Positions 36,201 through 51,200 of a stretch of 62,000 nt of DNA are shown here, piece after piece; within the stretch, counting starts at the first letter, position 1, and the number at the start of each line of letters is the position of its first letter. The stretch comes from Acanthaster planci (lineage: Eukaryota): the NCBI RefSeq assembly GCF_001949145.1, contig NW_019091405.1, positions 1,240,001-1,302,000 on the forward strand. The letters run 5' to 3'. The translations under genes and the position numbers were made by a program. The notes beneath the pieces were generated by a model. That model saw nothing but the letters and a program-made list of their open reading frames with translations. It did not search any database and was not told the origin of the DNA.

Positions 36201-39200
36201 TTTTTGTCGTGTCCCTGTCACATTTGACATGTGATTTTGTAAGTTCAAAACACATTTTCTAATTTCCAAGAGTGATGAATTAATGCAAATTACCTGCCCA
36301 ACAAATAGTAATAGAAAACAATTCCGGTGATATTTCCATGTCAAATAACAAAGGTCAGATGTAACAGGGACACAAAAATGTCCCACTTTTGGACCCCAAA
36401 TATATAGAATGACCCATATGTCTATTTTTGTTTGCCTTGCACCGAACAGACTGAATATAAAGCCCCAGGTGGGACAGTCCTGTACCAACAACTGGGCATC
36501 CCAACGGCTTACCTGTACAGCAATGCTGCTGATTATAGGTATCACAAGGAGATGGTCCAGGACCTATCCCAGACATACCGTGGAAACCTTGGCTTTGTCC
36601 TTGTTAACAGGTGAAAGACAAATGCTGTTGTTTTGTAACGTGCTTAAAGTTGCCTCCGCCTTTGGGACTGGGGGCCTTGCCTTTGTTTTGTGTGTCCTGG
36701 GGCAAATTGACAAAGTTTTTATTAAAGTAACTTTAAAAAAATAAAAGGGGAAATGAGAAACCTCTTTAGGTACATCGGCTGATTCCTTGCATCCACTTTT
36801 CAACATTGCGGCTGTTCCTAAGGTTGGAGAACTAGAGTGGACTGAAGCAGTGGAGTCAGGCAAGCACAGCAGATCAACATTTACCGTTGAAGTTTACCTG
36901 TGAATGTTTTTTTTCTCTGGGACAAATTTGTTTATTTTTGAGCGGTAAGAAGGTGGTTTGGAGGAGAAGCATTAGATGGTTGTTCGATTGAAGCTCAGAA
37001 ATTTTTTGTCATTACTGCTTCAAACCTTTCATGATTAATTATTCCAACGTGTAAAGCTGCAAAAGCTTACTCATATTCAGGTCTTTTCAGCCAGTTTGGC
37101 ATCTAGGGTGTTGCCCGTCACCTCATGCCGCATATCATCTCTGCCTTTCAACCGTTAATGATGGCTCCCCATAAAAAATTCTAAATTTGTGCTGGTCCTT
37201 TAATTTAATGAGTTCGTTTTGAAGAGGGTACACGTGACAATCATATACAGGTAATTCCAGAAATTAGGACCCTTTTTTTTTCATGTCCCTGTCACATCTG
37301 ACATATGATTTTGTAAAAGTAATAGTTTGAAGTCCATTCTGGTGATATTTCCACGTCAAATAACAAAGGTCAGATGTAACAGGGACACAAAAATGTCGCA
37401 CTTTAGGACCCCAAATTTCTGGAATGTCCGTGCCATAGGAAATGACGTTGATCAGAATTGAAGCAAACTATAAAGCACTAAATCCTGTACTTTTTGTCGT
37501 CCACAGTGATGTGACTCCAGAGAGTGTTGTAGCTGACATTGAACGCTGCCAGCCTCCATGCCTCATGTTACAACGAGCGCCTGAGGTATTCCACTGAATT
37601 CTGATATGTAATCAGCCCTGAGCAGAAGTACCCCCTCATCGGTTGAAAAGAGCCATGTTGATGGGGAGTCTTCATTTTGTTGGTAGCAATGCGGCCATAA
37701 TGTGTGAATTTCATAGTCCATTGTGAACCAGCGAAGTGCACTTCCCACCAAAGGGGCCTCCGTTGCAAAGGATATTGCGCCCTCTCGTGGTCTAGCTCAA
37801 GGCACATAAGTGCATAAGTGCCATTACGGAGTGGCGGCCTGTGGCCTACTGGTTCAAGTTTGTAACCCCTGCACAAAGGGGTGGGGATTGAATCCAGCAG
37901 CTGGTAATACGTTGTGACCTGACACAGGTCACTTTACTCCCATTCGCCTCTCTCCATGCAGGAGTGTTAAAGGACACTTCCGAGGGTAGACATGGTTGTC
38001 AGGTTTGTTAGTCACTTATGCTTGAAATGACAGCGTCGAGCTGTATACTCCCAAGGGAGCTGAGATGGTGCATTTATGGGCCTTCTGAGCAGAGATTGAA
38101 CACCAGCAATGATGAATACGTGCACTTTAAAAATTCTCTGTAAATAATATTTAGTATTACTGATTATACGCACTGAAGTCAAAATTATCACCAAAAAAAT
38201 CACCTAACCACAGTGCAAGTGAACAAAGCCAGCTGTCTGGCTGAATACTTTTTCCTTAATTCAGGATGTTTATGTAATTTTGAAAGTCCAAATGGTTTGA
38301 TTCATGAAAAATTTAACTTTAGCCCATTCAACATCCATATACTCCAGCTTTGAAAAAAAAAATTTCAAACCAACTGACCAAATGGCAGATTCTTGAAAAG
38401 TACTCAGTGGCAACATTTGGCTGGCAATATATTGTGTAATGACCTTTCTTAATAGATCTTTTCTCAACTAATGTGATGATGTTCTTTACCTCAACTTTAC
38501 AGTGATTTGAAATTGAAGGATATCTAGATTTTTTAATACTGTCATTCTAAACTTAATTGACATTTTCCCCTTGAAGGAGAACTTGATTCATATGGAAGAT
38601 GATCTGACTGTGGAGAATGTAGCAGAGTTCATTGAGGACAACATGTACATTAGAGAGAATCCCTCTGAAATTCAAGAAGAGTACGATCCTGTCCCAGGTA
38701 CCATACCTACATGAACATTGTCTCGTCATGATTCATCGTTGTACAGTATTCCAATCTGAGTACCTGTTTGGCTGATAAAACATGGCTGCAAAGGCTGTGT
38801 TTCTCTACACTCTAGGTTTCGCCGACAAGAGTTTTTTTGCCATTGTGAGGGTTCGGGGCAACTGGGGAATTAGGGCAACACATAGGTTATAACTGTTATT
38901 ACTTTATTTAAACAACCATGCTCCAGAATACAATTAGAGATCATTCGGAAAAAAATACAGAATACAACACTTTGTAAACATCCAACAAGCAATTATATTA
39001 ATTTAGGTTGCATCCAAATCTGTTAGCCAGAGCTAGGTCTAAGTCTTCACTTCATTGGAAATACACCAAGACATGCAGACGATAGACCTAGTCTTAGCTC
39101 TGGAAGCCCGTTTCGGACATGGCCCTGGACATGGACAATTCTTACCTAAGCAAGCTTCTGATTTTTTTTTTTTTTTGGTGCAACTTTTGGACTACTGTAC

Positions 39201-42200
39201 TTTGGGCACCTTTGAGTACTATCCAACATGCGATCTGCAGACTGAAATTTACTATAAAAGTAATAAAATGGTTTTTTTCTATGAAAGAAAAATTACAAAA
39301 AAAGGTTTCATTTCATTAATAAAAAGTCAACCGATAATGTTATTATAATGTCATTCCATAGCAGCGATGCAGAACACATGCATCGTCTTCCCGCTAAGTT
39401 ATATTCTCTGCACCAACTTGATTTGTTTCACCCATTTGTGCTTGATTTGTCTCAGTCCAAGAAGTCCAGGATGACGAGGTGCAGCATGCTGTCTACAGTG
39501 ACACCAGAATCCTTGACATGGCGCACGTCCCCAAGTTGACCGACAAAACCTTCCCAGAATTCATTTCTGACACAGGATTGGTCATTGTTCTCTTTACAGT
39601 GCGCTGTGAGTAGAATTTGTCCACATCTTTGGTTTGACTCCCCCCCATTCATTAAAATCCCTGCCCCTCTCCAACCTTTAAGAACCCAGTGAATAAACTC
39701 ATTTAAAATATGCTGTAGAAACTCGGAGTTTTTCAGTTTACATAAAACTTGATTTTCTTCCACATGTAGTCTTTTTTTTGTTTTTAACTTTTCCAAAGCA
39801 TTGTCTTCAAAGCTTGACTCAAGATGTGAAAGGGAGAGACACCTTGGATCATACAATCCAATGAAGTCCATGCGGACCCAGGTTCATTAACCCTAACAGT
39901 CCTCAATCCTTCACCTGTTGGAGGACTGAGGACTGTTAGGTTTAATAATACATTAATGCAACAGGACAGAGGGGGCCATGACCCTTTGTGTTTCATTGTA
40001 ACATAATGAACCTTTATTTGCCTTTGTGTTTAACCCATAACATGTGAGATGTTGAAGGAGCCTCTTTCCAATTCAGATTTGGAGGAGCTTTTAGTATTCT
40101 GTACCAGAATATTAGAAATTGCAGTTGAAGAGGCTGTAAGTAATAGAGTCTTAACTCTTACCTTTGTCTGTGAGAATGTTCATACTCCTATTTGTTCCAG
40201 TCAGAAACAGGGTTTCTCTTGTGCAGTGCACATTACATGAACATGTATAAATTGTAGAAAGGAACTTCCTAAATCAATGGAAAAGGTTTTCTAGATGTAT
40301 TTTTGCGTTGGGGAGATGTTAATTATAAATAACGGGTTTGCCCTTACCCAACGTATATTAATAAACACTGTATGCTCAGTGCTTGTCCGAGAGCTTGCGA
40401 AAAAACCTCACAAGCTTACTCGGGTGGGACTCGAACCCACGACCTCCCGGCAAGCTCGGTGGTCGAGTGGTTAAGACATCTGCACTAGTAAACAGTTTTG
40501 AGCTGTTTATCAGAAGCGAAATTTTGAGGTAGTTGCACTTAAAGCTTCTTTTTAGGAGGCATACCGGTATCTTCCTTGAGTATCAAGTATGATAATGGAG
40601 CTATTAAACACAAGGACTTAGAATGAACTCCCTACAGACCGTAATCCGTTTAACCGTTCCGGTCGGCTCCGTAGACAAAGCGTGGTTACCAGCCCCAGTG
40701 TTGAAGACCCTGGACTTTTTTTTAACACAGTGATCGCCACCGCTGGGTAGCTGGTAACCCAAAGACTCGCTATGTTTCGCTGCGGCATACTGGAGTGGAG
40801 TAAATAGATGGTGGAAAAGATGCATGAAGAAAATGCGTAGTTCTTTTCAGTAGTCCGCAGGAGTCGGCAAATGATCCTTGCAGATGCAATCGAAAGTTCC
40901 GAATCGGCGGTGGTTATTTGGCAAAAGTGTGGCGAAACTGACTTTAAAAAAGTCCATTATGACATTCTGAGGATCCAGCGGTAGAGAACGAATCCCCAAA
41001 ATATGAACTGCGATATTTATATCATAAATTGTAATCCTACTGGTTCCTACAGCCTGAAGGTGGAAACATGCTGCAGGAATGCATTTGACAATGTGGCAAG
41101 GTTTCATGCTGAGACAGAAAGGAAAACAGATCTTCCCCTGTTTTTGTGTGTTTTGTTATTTTCCTCTGGACCAGCCCCATTCTTTCAGTTTCCTTATCGC
41201 GTATTTTTGGAGAATATGTGTTAATAATTCTGGTTATTGTTTAAAGCAAGACATTTTGGGGATGTAAAGACGTAGCCAGACTTTCATTATCATTGGTATA
41301 TCAAAACAATCACTAAAGTTATCGAAATTTAAGTCTCCGATGACGGTGGTTTCCGTCTCATGGTGGCCTTGTTGAACATGCTGAAGTGTTACGGACACAC
41401 ATCCGCGATACCTACAATCCGTTGCAAATGCAACTCCGAGCATTCCTTATAGCCTGCAAGCGGCACATAATTTGTTTTGTCCTTGCAGCACGTGCAGTGC
41501 TGGTGGTGGCCATCATTGACCCTTTTGATCTCTGTATGTGCTTACTCCTTGTGTATAATAGCTCCATGGTATGACGCATGTTTCAAACATTGTACAGTGT
41601 TTGCAATTTTAACTGAGCATGACTAGGAGGCATGTCAGCTGACAATGTGGCACTACCTTTGCATAGTGAACACGCGGGAAAGACAACACCTCCTGTCCTC
41701 AACCGCTGTCCCTGTGGCTCAAATGATTAAGTTGAAGATGTTGTCCACGACAAAGGCAGGCATGAGCGAGAGAGGCTTGAAGAGGAACTTGGCATCGGAC
41801 CCTGGCAGGTAGCGTCGCCAGGGCCAGCGGGCGCACAGAGCATGCTCTATAGTTCCTGTCACGTGATGGAGGTTGGGTGAGACATCTTGGAGCTTTGTCC
41901 GTATCAAAGCCTCCTCTGTCAAAAGAAGGGGGAAAAATGCTGGGCTTTTCTGGAAGGTTTGTAGGGGAAAGGTTTCTGGAAGGTTTGTAGGGGGAGTTTG
42001 TTGATGTGTGCTTGACTGTCATGATTCTGAGCGCACATCGTTTTTAAGACATTCCCCTCTTCAAACTGCTGGCATGTACTTAAAGCCAGTTGTTTGACAT
42101 TCAGCTTTTCCTAGCCAAAGCTTTTCAACACCCCCCCCTTTTCATTTCTGACCTGTTTCCTAGGGCCTTTTTCAATTCAAGCTTGGCCTGACAATTTCAA

Positions 42201-45200
42201 CGTCGACGCAGGTCCATATTCTGACCAGGCCAGAGTCAGATCAAGCACAGGTAACCAAGGCATACTGTTCCCATGCTAACTGAATTTTACATACCGGTAA
42301 GTGCAGTGTTGAACCCCACGTGGGAACTGTGTTGGTCACAGGAAAAGTCCACAATGACCAGAAGATCTCGTCAACCGGTGTATGGACAGTGATAAAGATT
42401 ACTGTTAAGTTAGGATACCACTTTACATGCACTTGCACATGTACATGTGCCATCATTCATGTCTGGTACGTTAATGCGTGTGGCATTCACCATATTGACG
42501 ACCCACTCCCGTACAAATCAAAATGAAGTCCATGTATTTCTTTTGCAGTCCCTTGCAGAACTTGGTGTCTACACATGTACATGTATGTCAGTGGGCATCA
42601 GATGTAGGTTGATAAAGTGACGTTAAAAATGGTTGAAATGTACCTCGTTTGAACATTTGAATTCCACCATAACGCTGTCTTTCGTCTTCTGTTAATCTAT
42701 CCCACAACTTCCTCCGAGAGCTGAGAATAATCTCTGGATCAGAGATGGATGTCTTAAATGCTCCTGGCTGCAAGATGTGCACTGTAATGCCCAGCCTTCT
42801 TACTCTTTGTCTTGAAGGGTAAATAGAAGTGGCGAAGATTAGGTTTGAAAAGTGAGCTATTAAGCAGTTATGTGTTAACAAGTCACTTGGGCATCTCCAT
42901 CAGTATTTGTGAGTTTGTTTTGGTTGTTGAAGAGGTAAGCTTCCGTTTGGATTGAATGTGTTGGACAGTGGAGCTTCGGATTAGAGATGGTATCGGTCTG
43001 AGTGGCCAATCTCAAAAAGCTAGGGAAAAAGCCCTTGTATGTTCATACGTGTATTAGTCCACAGACAGAAAGAATGTGATCTTACTCAAATGATTTCCAT
43101 CTCAGCGTGCTCAGAGTGATAATTAGACTATAGGGCGCTAGATTGACTTTCAACATCCCTTGGGACTTTCAACAATTGGTTTGTTTTGTATTTTGGCCTT
43201 TACTGCTGAGGCAAATGTGAAGCACAAAGTGCACAGAATGTACCCAGCTTTGTGAAATTTACTCGGGTTTGGAAGACGTAAAGATGTAGAGCTTCCTACT
43301 TGGTGATGCCAAGCAGCAGCTATAATAAACTCATGCTGATTTGGTGATGGTCAAATTTTTATTTATATAGTTTGCCACAAGTCACTTGGACCTGAAACCA
43401 AAACTGTGGTCTTCCAAAGGCCAACCCCTATGTCCACTCCATGTAAACATACAGGGGAGTACCCCTTCACTCACGAGGAATCAAGAGGCTGGTGGGGACT
43501 TCTTTAACTCCAACTGGCTGCCCAATGAACGTATAAAGACTGTACATTTTGAAGGAAAGTGGCCATGTGGGCTCATCGCATTTCTTGAATTATAAAGCTA
43601 TGCATCCATGCAGTGTCTCCCTTCTATATGGACATTGTTGCTGTGTGAAAGCGTGTCATCTCTCGTTCTCACATGGACCTCATTGAGAGAGATGCAGCAG
43701 ACATCTAGGTGGTATCACCACTTTAGGCCCAGTGCTCACAGGAACACTTTTGTACTCATACAGATGAAAAGTGGCCTTGTGCACTTCACGCCATGCAAAT
43801 CAGTGCATATAGCATATGCACCTCAACTGCTAGATGGAGCCACCACAAGCAGCCATAATGTGACAACTGTTTTGTTTACAGGGAGTTTATGGACTCTGAA
43901 TGGGACCATAAGAGAGTGCAGTTTTCCATGTAATGGCAGTTCCTTTTTTTGGAACTGCATTTCGTTGGTTCACAAACGATTGTGAGATGTATGTGGTATG
44001 GTCGTGTGACGACCACCAAACTGCCATGAACACTCCCACCATTTTGGCTCTTTTCAACTGATGGGGGGAGCTTCTACTCAAAACATTAAGGACAGGAAAT
44101 CAAAAGGAACCCAGCACTAACTCCTGCCTATTCCCTCACCGTAAGTTATCTGAGTATGCCTCCACTGCCGTCTTGGAGGCTGCGTAAGCTGTGCCCACCA
44201 TGGGCAACATGGCAGTGCAGCTGGACATGTTGACCACACGTCCGTGGGCCTGTATTAGCAGGGGCAGGAAGGTGCTGGTCACCTCTACCGTGCCCAGGAA
44301 GTTGACCTGGAAGATGGTGTTGATCTCCTCTCGCGTCAGCCACTCATAGGGCCCTCCTGGCTTGTTGATGCCAGCATTGTTGACCAGCCCCCATAAACCT
44401 GCGCTTGGGCACGAGAAGAAAATGCACTGGTTGATGGTAAGATACGTACCATAGATCTACTGAAAGCCCCAAAGCCACTGTCTTGTCAATAGTTATTTAC
44501 ATCACAGCCAAAGAGTACTCTTGCAGAAGTGATATCACAAATTAATTCTGTCTGTTTGTGAGTACCGGTACCACTGGAATAAGAGTGCTGAGGTAGCGCG
44601 AGTGACACCACTGGAAGAAGATTGTTGAGTTACTGTGAGTGACACCACTGGAATAAGATTGTTGAGGTACCTTGAGTTACACCACTGGAATAAGATTGTT
44701 GAGGTANNNNNNNNNNNNNNNNNNNNNNNNNNNNNNNNNNNNNNNNNNNNNNNNNNNNNNNNNNNNNNNNNNNNNNNNNNNNNNNNNNNNNNNNNNNNNN
44801 NNNNNNNNNNNNNNNNNNNNNNNNNNNNNNNNNNNNNNNNNNNNNNNNNNNNNNNNNNNNNNNNNNNNNNNNNNNNNNNNNNNNNNNNNNNNNNNNNNNN
44901 NNNNNNNNNNNNNNNNNNNNNNNNNNNNNNNNNNNNNNNNNNNNNNNNNNNNNNNNNNNNNNNNNNNNNNNNNNNNNNNNNNNNNNNNNNNNNNNNNNNN
45001 NNNNNNNNNNNNNNNNNNNNNNNNNNNNNNNNNNNNNNNNNNNNNNNNNNNNNNNNNNNNNNNNNNNNNNNNNNNNNNNNNNNNNNNNNNNNNNNNNNNN
45101 NNNNNNNNNNNNNNNNNNNNNNNNNNAAGATTGTTGAGGTACCTTGAGTGACACCACTGGAATGAGATTGTTGAGGTACCATGAGCAGAGCGTGAAATTA

Positions 45201-48200
45201 CAGTCAGACATCAGACATTTTCCGAGCACTTACTGTGTTTTTCTGAACAAAATCAAAGATGCTCGGACAAATTGTCAGACCAACATCTCAGTAACAGCTC
45301 TTAAAATATCCACACAATATGTGGGATTATGGCATCCAGTTTATTATTAGTTTTGTGTTAGAATTACATTTATTACGCCCAAGGCCTTCATCAGGGCTGA
45401 TCGCTCATCACTGGCCCATGAACACACATGTGTATACATGTTCTTTACTTGCACAGACATGAAATTACCCCATAATTCTTTGCGCATCGTAAAACATAGG
45501 TCATGCTGTCAACCAATGTACAATTTTCCGTGATAACCCATGCATGACACACAACCTGGGTACCAGGCAATGTGGACCAGGAGTGGTTGGCTGCATTCAT
45601 GCAGTTCCTCCAGTTCAACCCAAGTGTGGTGCGCGCATTATTTTTCTGTAAGTGTGATGGGAGTATACCCTTGTTGACCCGCGGGTCTTACCTTGCCGAA
45701 CATGACGAGCTCGACCTATACACTTGCCGACGTACAAACTTACTTGTATGTAAGTATTCTTAAATAATCATAATGTTGTGTGCATTAAGTAGCGTTAAGT
45801 TGAGTGTTAAAAATGCATTCTGTGCAGAGTGCACAAATTTTACACTGAATGTTACAACTCTGCCTTTTATAGAATATGGCAGATCAAAAAGGGTTCTAAG
45901 TTGTGTTTCAATCTAAAGTGATAAAGTCAGCCACAACCACCTCTGAAGAAAAAAGCCCTTTGATTGCACCACATATCTTCAATCTGGTAATTTTCCACCC
46001 ACCTTGGCCTGGCGGAATGATTCTCTGTACTTCCTGATACGCCTTTCTGATGCTCTCACTGCTCCTCACATCCAGCAGGATTGGCGTGACCACCTGACCG
46101 GTCCCTGCCATGTCCCGTTTCAGCTGTACTGCGGCGTCTTTGGTCAGGCAGGCTGCAATCACATGACAGCCACGTTGCTTACCCAGCGTCCGTGCCAAGA
46201 GGTTGCCAAAGCCACTGTCGCAGCCCGTGATGAGAACGTACTTGCCGACAGTGTCCAAGTACACCTTGTCCATGAAATTTTGCAGGACGATGAGCGATGC
46301 GATCACGACCGCGCTGATTATAAGCCAGGATACCATCATAAAAGGTTCTTTGAAAGATGTGAGAGTTCTGTTAGGTGTAAAGTCAAAGGTAAGGCAAGGA
46401 TAGTACAAGCACATGCTCATGTATTGCGTGGGAAGAACAGAGAATTGCCTGCTCATTTGTGTGAGGATTTGAAGCAAAAAAGTACCTGTGCTCTATCCGG
46501 ATTAAAGAATTTTTGAGCAACTAAAGTATCCCCTGAATATACCTCATTGACAGAGCTGTAGCCATGCTGGTTGGTCATATCGGGTGGCGAGCAGGGCTGC
46601 TCAGCCCTCATAATCTCCACCTGGCACTTGGGTAATTTCAACCTTGACCACCCAGCACACGTTTCATTCCCTGAATTGGTAAAATGTCTAAAAATCTAAA
46701 AATTTCTCATGCGTTTTCCAAGCTGTAGCAATTGTAAGATATTTCTGTGTTTAAGTTCTCATTTTGAACAGCAAAAACACTGAACTAAGCTTAAAATTAC
46801 ACCAATCCAGGCTTTGAAATGAACGACGACGGCCATGTGACCCCATATTCCAACATGTGAGGCCGGCTTTGCATGCAGCATTCCCTGTATTGTGCACATA
46901 TGTACATGTATATACACATGATGCATGTGGTGTTACACATACAGACGTGCACTTACACAAAAGCTCAGCTCCAGAGTGCACCGATACTTCAAGCAGTGAC
47001 ACCCCCGCTGCACAAATAAATGTCTATATTCGTACAAGTACATTCCAGCGGACTTTCAACTGACTTTCTCTTTCTCAGACCTTGTATGCGGGGTACACAA
47101 TTCACACTGAAGTCTGCGTACGAGGCAAACAATAATAGCTATACTATGCATTTGCATGCTCATATTTTCACGCCCATTGAGGATAAATAGGTAACGGTAC
47201 AAAAATGTAATGTGGTTACACAACCATCTGTTGATTTTTTCTTAAGTCTCTTCATTAACCCTAACAGTCCCAAATCCTCCAATTTCAATACGATTTTACA
47301 TACACCCTAGGGGGTTAGGGTTAATCTAAATAACTGATTGAGAATAATCAACAAATGACCTTTATCAGATGTTTGTGTATAAAAAAGATTTATATTTGTT
47401 TGTTCTGCCAGTTACTGTATAGGCCTGCTGTTACTATGAGACAGTTGTTGTTGCATCCTGTGTTCATCTTTATTTATTGATAATTCCACATTTTGCAAAC
47501 ACAAGTTACACTTTATAATTTGCCTCAAAAACCCAATTTCCCCCCCCCCAAAAAAAAACCCAGAACCCCCGTTTTAGGGGGCTCCGCCCCTTGACCCCCG
47601 CCAGTATTAAGATAACTCAGCAGTATTAGTTAATGCGGTCTTCCAATCTTTTAACACAGTGTTGCAAACATTGTGCAGGACCTAACAGTTACAATATATC
47701 TGTCCACAAACTGTGGGAGGCCATGTTCCTCATTTGTCTTTGAAAATGTTCTACTTAAGCTATGCCTGGCCCCTTTTACATGGAAAAAACAGTTACATCT
47801 ACTTCAAAGCAAGGCAATTGTACATTGGACACTTTATTTAGCCTTACATGCATTCACCCAATAGAAGGTTTTTGCCCAAGATTTTTTTCCAACGGAAACC
47901 TCATATGATACCTACATGCTATAGAATTAAAACGGGTTGCCCTAATTCACATTGAGAATTCCATAGTAGTTAGTCATCTTGTTAACATTGTGCCACACAC
48001 ATAATTTCTTTTTGTTTTATTTCTATGTTTGTGCATGAAATGCTCTCTTTTCATGTCGAGCTCCATGTATTTGCTCAAAATCCCAAACTGGCGGTGTACA
48101 GTCGTCTGTCATGCAAAATACATGGTTGTATTTTTCCAACATCATGTGAAGATGTGGACGAATAATTCTGTCCACACTTTTTGATGTGGACATTTGAAGT

Positions 48201-51200
48201 ACAATAAACAGTGCAGGAATAACGACGACAAGTAAATGTGATATTGCTTACCTTCAAGGAGATCTTTTTAGGTGTAAGAGTATTCACACACCGAACAGTT
48301 ACATGCAGCCTCCCTGTTGGGTGCCTGAATGATGACAGCAGATAAAGCTGCTTTATGAAGCATTCAGCCTTTGGCATTTACATGTGCACTCCTCTTTGAC
48401 CTTTAGAGTAAAGGCTGCCTTTTAAGCTCAGTTTGTGAAAAATCCAAATATAGCCGAGATTTTACCCTATTCTCAATATGAAAGGCTGACTGATATGCCA
48501 AAGTGGATCTGTGTAAACAGTGCAGAGTATTATTTAAACACTGAATGAAGAATGTTCCGTAGATTTCTTCCCAAAATATGAGTTTTGGTTTGAAAAAAAG
48601 GCAGATTTTTTAGTTTCCATTTGACATACTTTACAGGTAGCTGAGCCTCTAGACTTGATGTCTTTACCTTTGAAAGATGTTTGTCTAACTGTTGAGTACA
48701 AGATTTTAATATACTCACAATCTTTCAGTGGCAGGGTTCAAACCAATCATGTGATTTGTTTCAAGATTTAAATCAGACATTGTAATTGTCCTGTCACATT
48801 AGGCCTTTTATTACTTGTATTTGTCAGAGCTTGTCGCTTGTGTCTTATTGACTAGTGGGCACCCAGTTGAACCTTCATCTCTCACACAACAGTAGCATAC
48901 ACGTAGATAACTTTGGATCAAAATAACTACATGTACATGTACATGTACATATAGCGAGGTGTTAAATAATGTTGCAGCATATCTGAATCCAAGTACTTGG
49001 AGCTTGGAGCAGGACTTCAAAATCATAAGCAATTCCTTGGAGTAACTCTCTGAAGGCTTGGGCAAATCATTAGAAAGCTGAGTTTAGGCAAATTCAACAT
49101 GTCCAGGTACAGTGTGCCATATAACGTGTGTCGTTTTAATATGGAAGGCTGAGAGGAGCCTTTTTAAATATGAAGTTGAAAATTGATTTTGTAGTTGAAT
49201 GTCTTAAATTGTTTGAACAATACCAAACTTTGGTCATCAAACATTCTTTCCACATATTTTTTTCCTTCCATTAAGGCTGGTTTATACTTCAAGCAAATAT
49301 GAAATTGAAGTGAACTTGACATCATAATATTAACAGTGAAATTTTCTTGACTTGAAATCTTCTCTATTTTTGATAATTTTCTGCTCAAATTTCTGATCTG
49401 ACATCAGAAATCCACATTCATTTTTTGAACCAAGTCTGAATGGGTCTTCAGATAGTAATCAATGGGCTATTAATAATATTTGAAATGTAAACTTTTTCCC
49501 TGCCAGGCACATCCTTCTTGTAACTCAAATTTCAGTTTTTCAAAGTGGCCTATCACTACTTGAGAACAATTTGACCGTCTCAGTGAAATGTGGCATGAGA
49601 TTCGCTTAGCAGAGGGAAAACAAAAACTTAAGAAACGAAGCTTTTGGGATGTATCCGTCTGTCTCTGCAGGGGATCCACGATGCAAGGCTTTCCTGGAAT
49701 CTTACTCCAATGCCGCTCATACCATCCAGCAGGACATCCCTGCCACCGACCGACCCCCTGTTGGGCCCCTTGCCCAGGTGGAGTGTTTCAACTGGCCTGA
49801 TGTCTGCCAACTGGGCAACGTAACAGCCTACCCAACCATCCAGCTGTACAGAGAGGGGAAGTTGGTGACGGATTACCGGGGATCGCTGAGTGAGGCAGGC
49901 ATCCTGAAAGCCTACAGACTGTGAGTTTGGGGTTTTTTAGTTGTTTTTCTTTGTTTGCTTTGGTTTGTCAAAGATATGCAGCTGGTTTGGACTGCCTATT
50001 TCAAGACTAACTGGAATTTGAAGCATGGCATGAGCTACTTCATCAGATACAGCGAAGTAAGACAATATGCAGTGTCTTGAGGAACACGTCTGAGACTGTT
50101 TTAGACTGAGACTCTTTAAGGCTGCCTGAGACTGAGGTTGTCTAAGGCCGTGTCTGAAATGGGCTTCCAGAGCTACGGCTATGTCTATTGTCTACGCGTC
50201 TCCACGCATTTCTAATGGAGTGAAGACCTAGACCTAGCTCTTGACAAGAGATTCGGTTGTAGCCTAAGACTGTCTGAGGCTTTCTGAGACTGTCTGAGAA
50301 AGTACCTCACCCATGTACCGGTACAAAGTGATCGCATACTTGATCCTCCCTGGACCAATAACCATTGAAAACTTGGGGAGTGCAGTCTCTGTACAGGATT
50401 GCCAAAATGCCCACAATCCTCAAACTTAAGGACTTGTGCAATGTGTGCATGTGCGTGAGTTTTAACTGCAGTTTATGCTTCAGTATGCACATGTAGATAT
50501 CAATTACTCCGCCATCACCAGCTGTGATAAATCTGTGTTTCAGGTTGCAGTGCCTCAGGTAACCGCAATGCATGTATCTGTGTTTTAGGCATTCCACCGC
50601 CAATCCTGTGGTGTTGGACTCCTGTCCTGATTGCCAGGCCATCAGTAAAGGGGAGCTGCCAAGCTGGGTCTCCTCCACGCTTCCTGCCGTTGTCATTGGA
50701 TACTTCCCAGATGCTAGTACCAAAGGTATGTGTCTGTACATGTAGGTAGCACTGTAGGACCCCAAGTTTCATGGTTGGGTCACACTCAGAAGTCCGTACA
50801 AAACCAGCGTAGCCTCAAAAAGGGTACAGGTTCAGTTTTTGTCGTATTTTCCAATTTGAATATTTCTTCATATCAGTAAGTTTGTCCCATGAGGAGCTTA
50901 CAAGGTTGGAAGTGGTAAAGAGGCATCTTCTTGTAAAGAGGCATCTTCTTGTAAAGTTGCCATTGGCAAGGTATTTTTGGCATGGTCTATACATGTTTGT
51001 CATAAATAAAGACATCTATGCAGACATTACTGTGGATGCTGTGCAGTGTTTACTTCGTCTGATCACCAGTGTTAGTAAGAATTCACCCAATTCCCCTAGA
51101 ATGTGTGTAACATCATATTGAAATCAGAGGATTGAGGACTTGTAGGGTTAGGTTCTGAACAGTCAGAAGGAATTTTTAAATATTATTTCATGAAGCGTAG

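Noticed and set aside
37586..37593. U12-type intron donor (GTATTCCA)
   Set aside because: It does not match GTATCCTT and no U12 branch point is seen; all modelled introns look like U2 GT-AG.
45380..45410. Minus-strand CTGATGAAGGCC resembling a Penelope-type hammerhead
   Set aside because: The GAAA half and stem III are absent.
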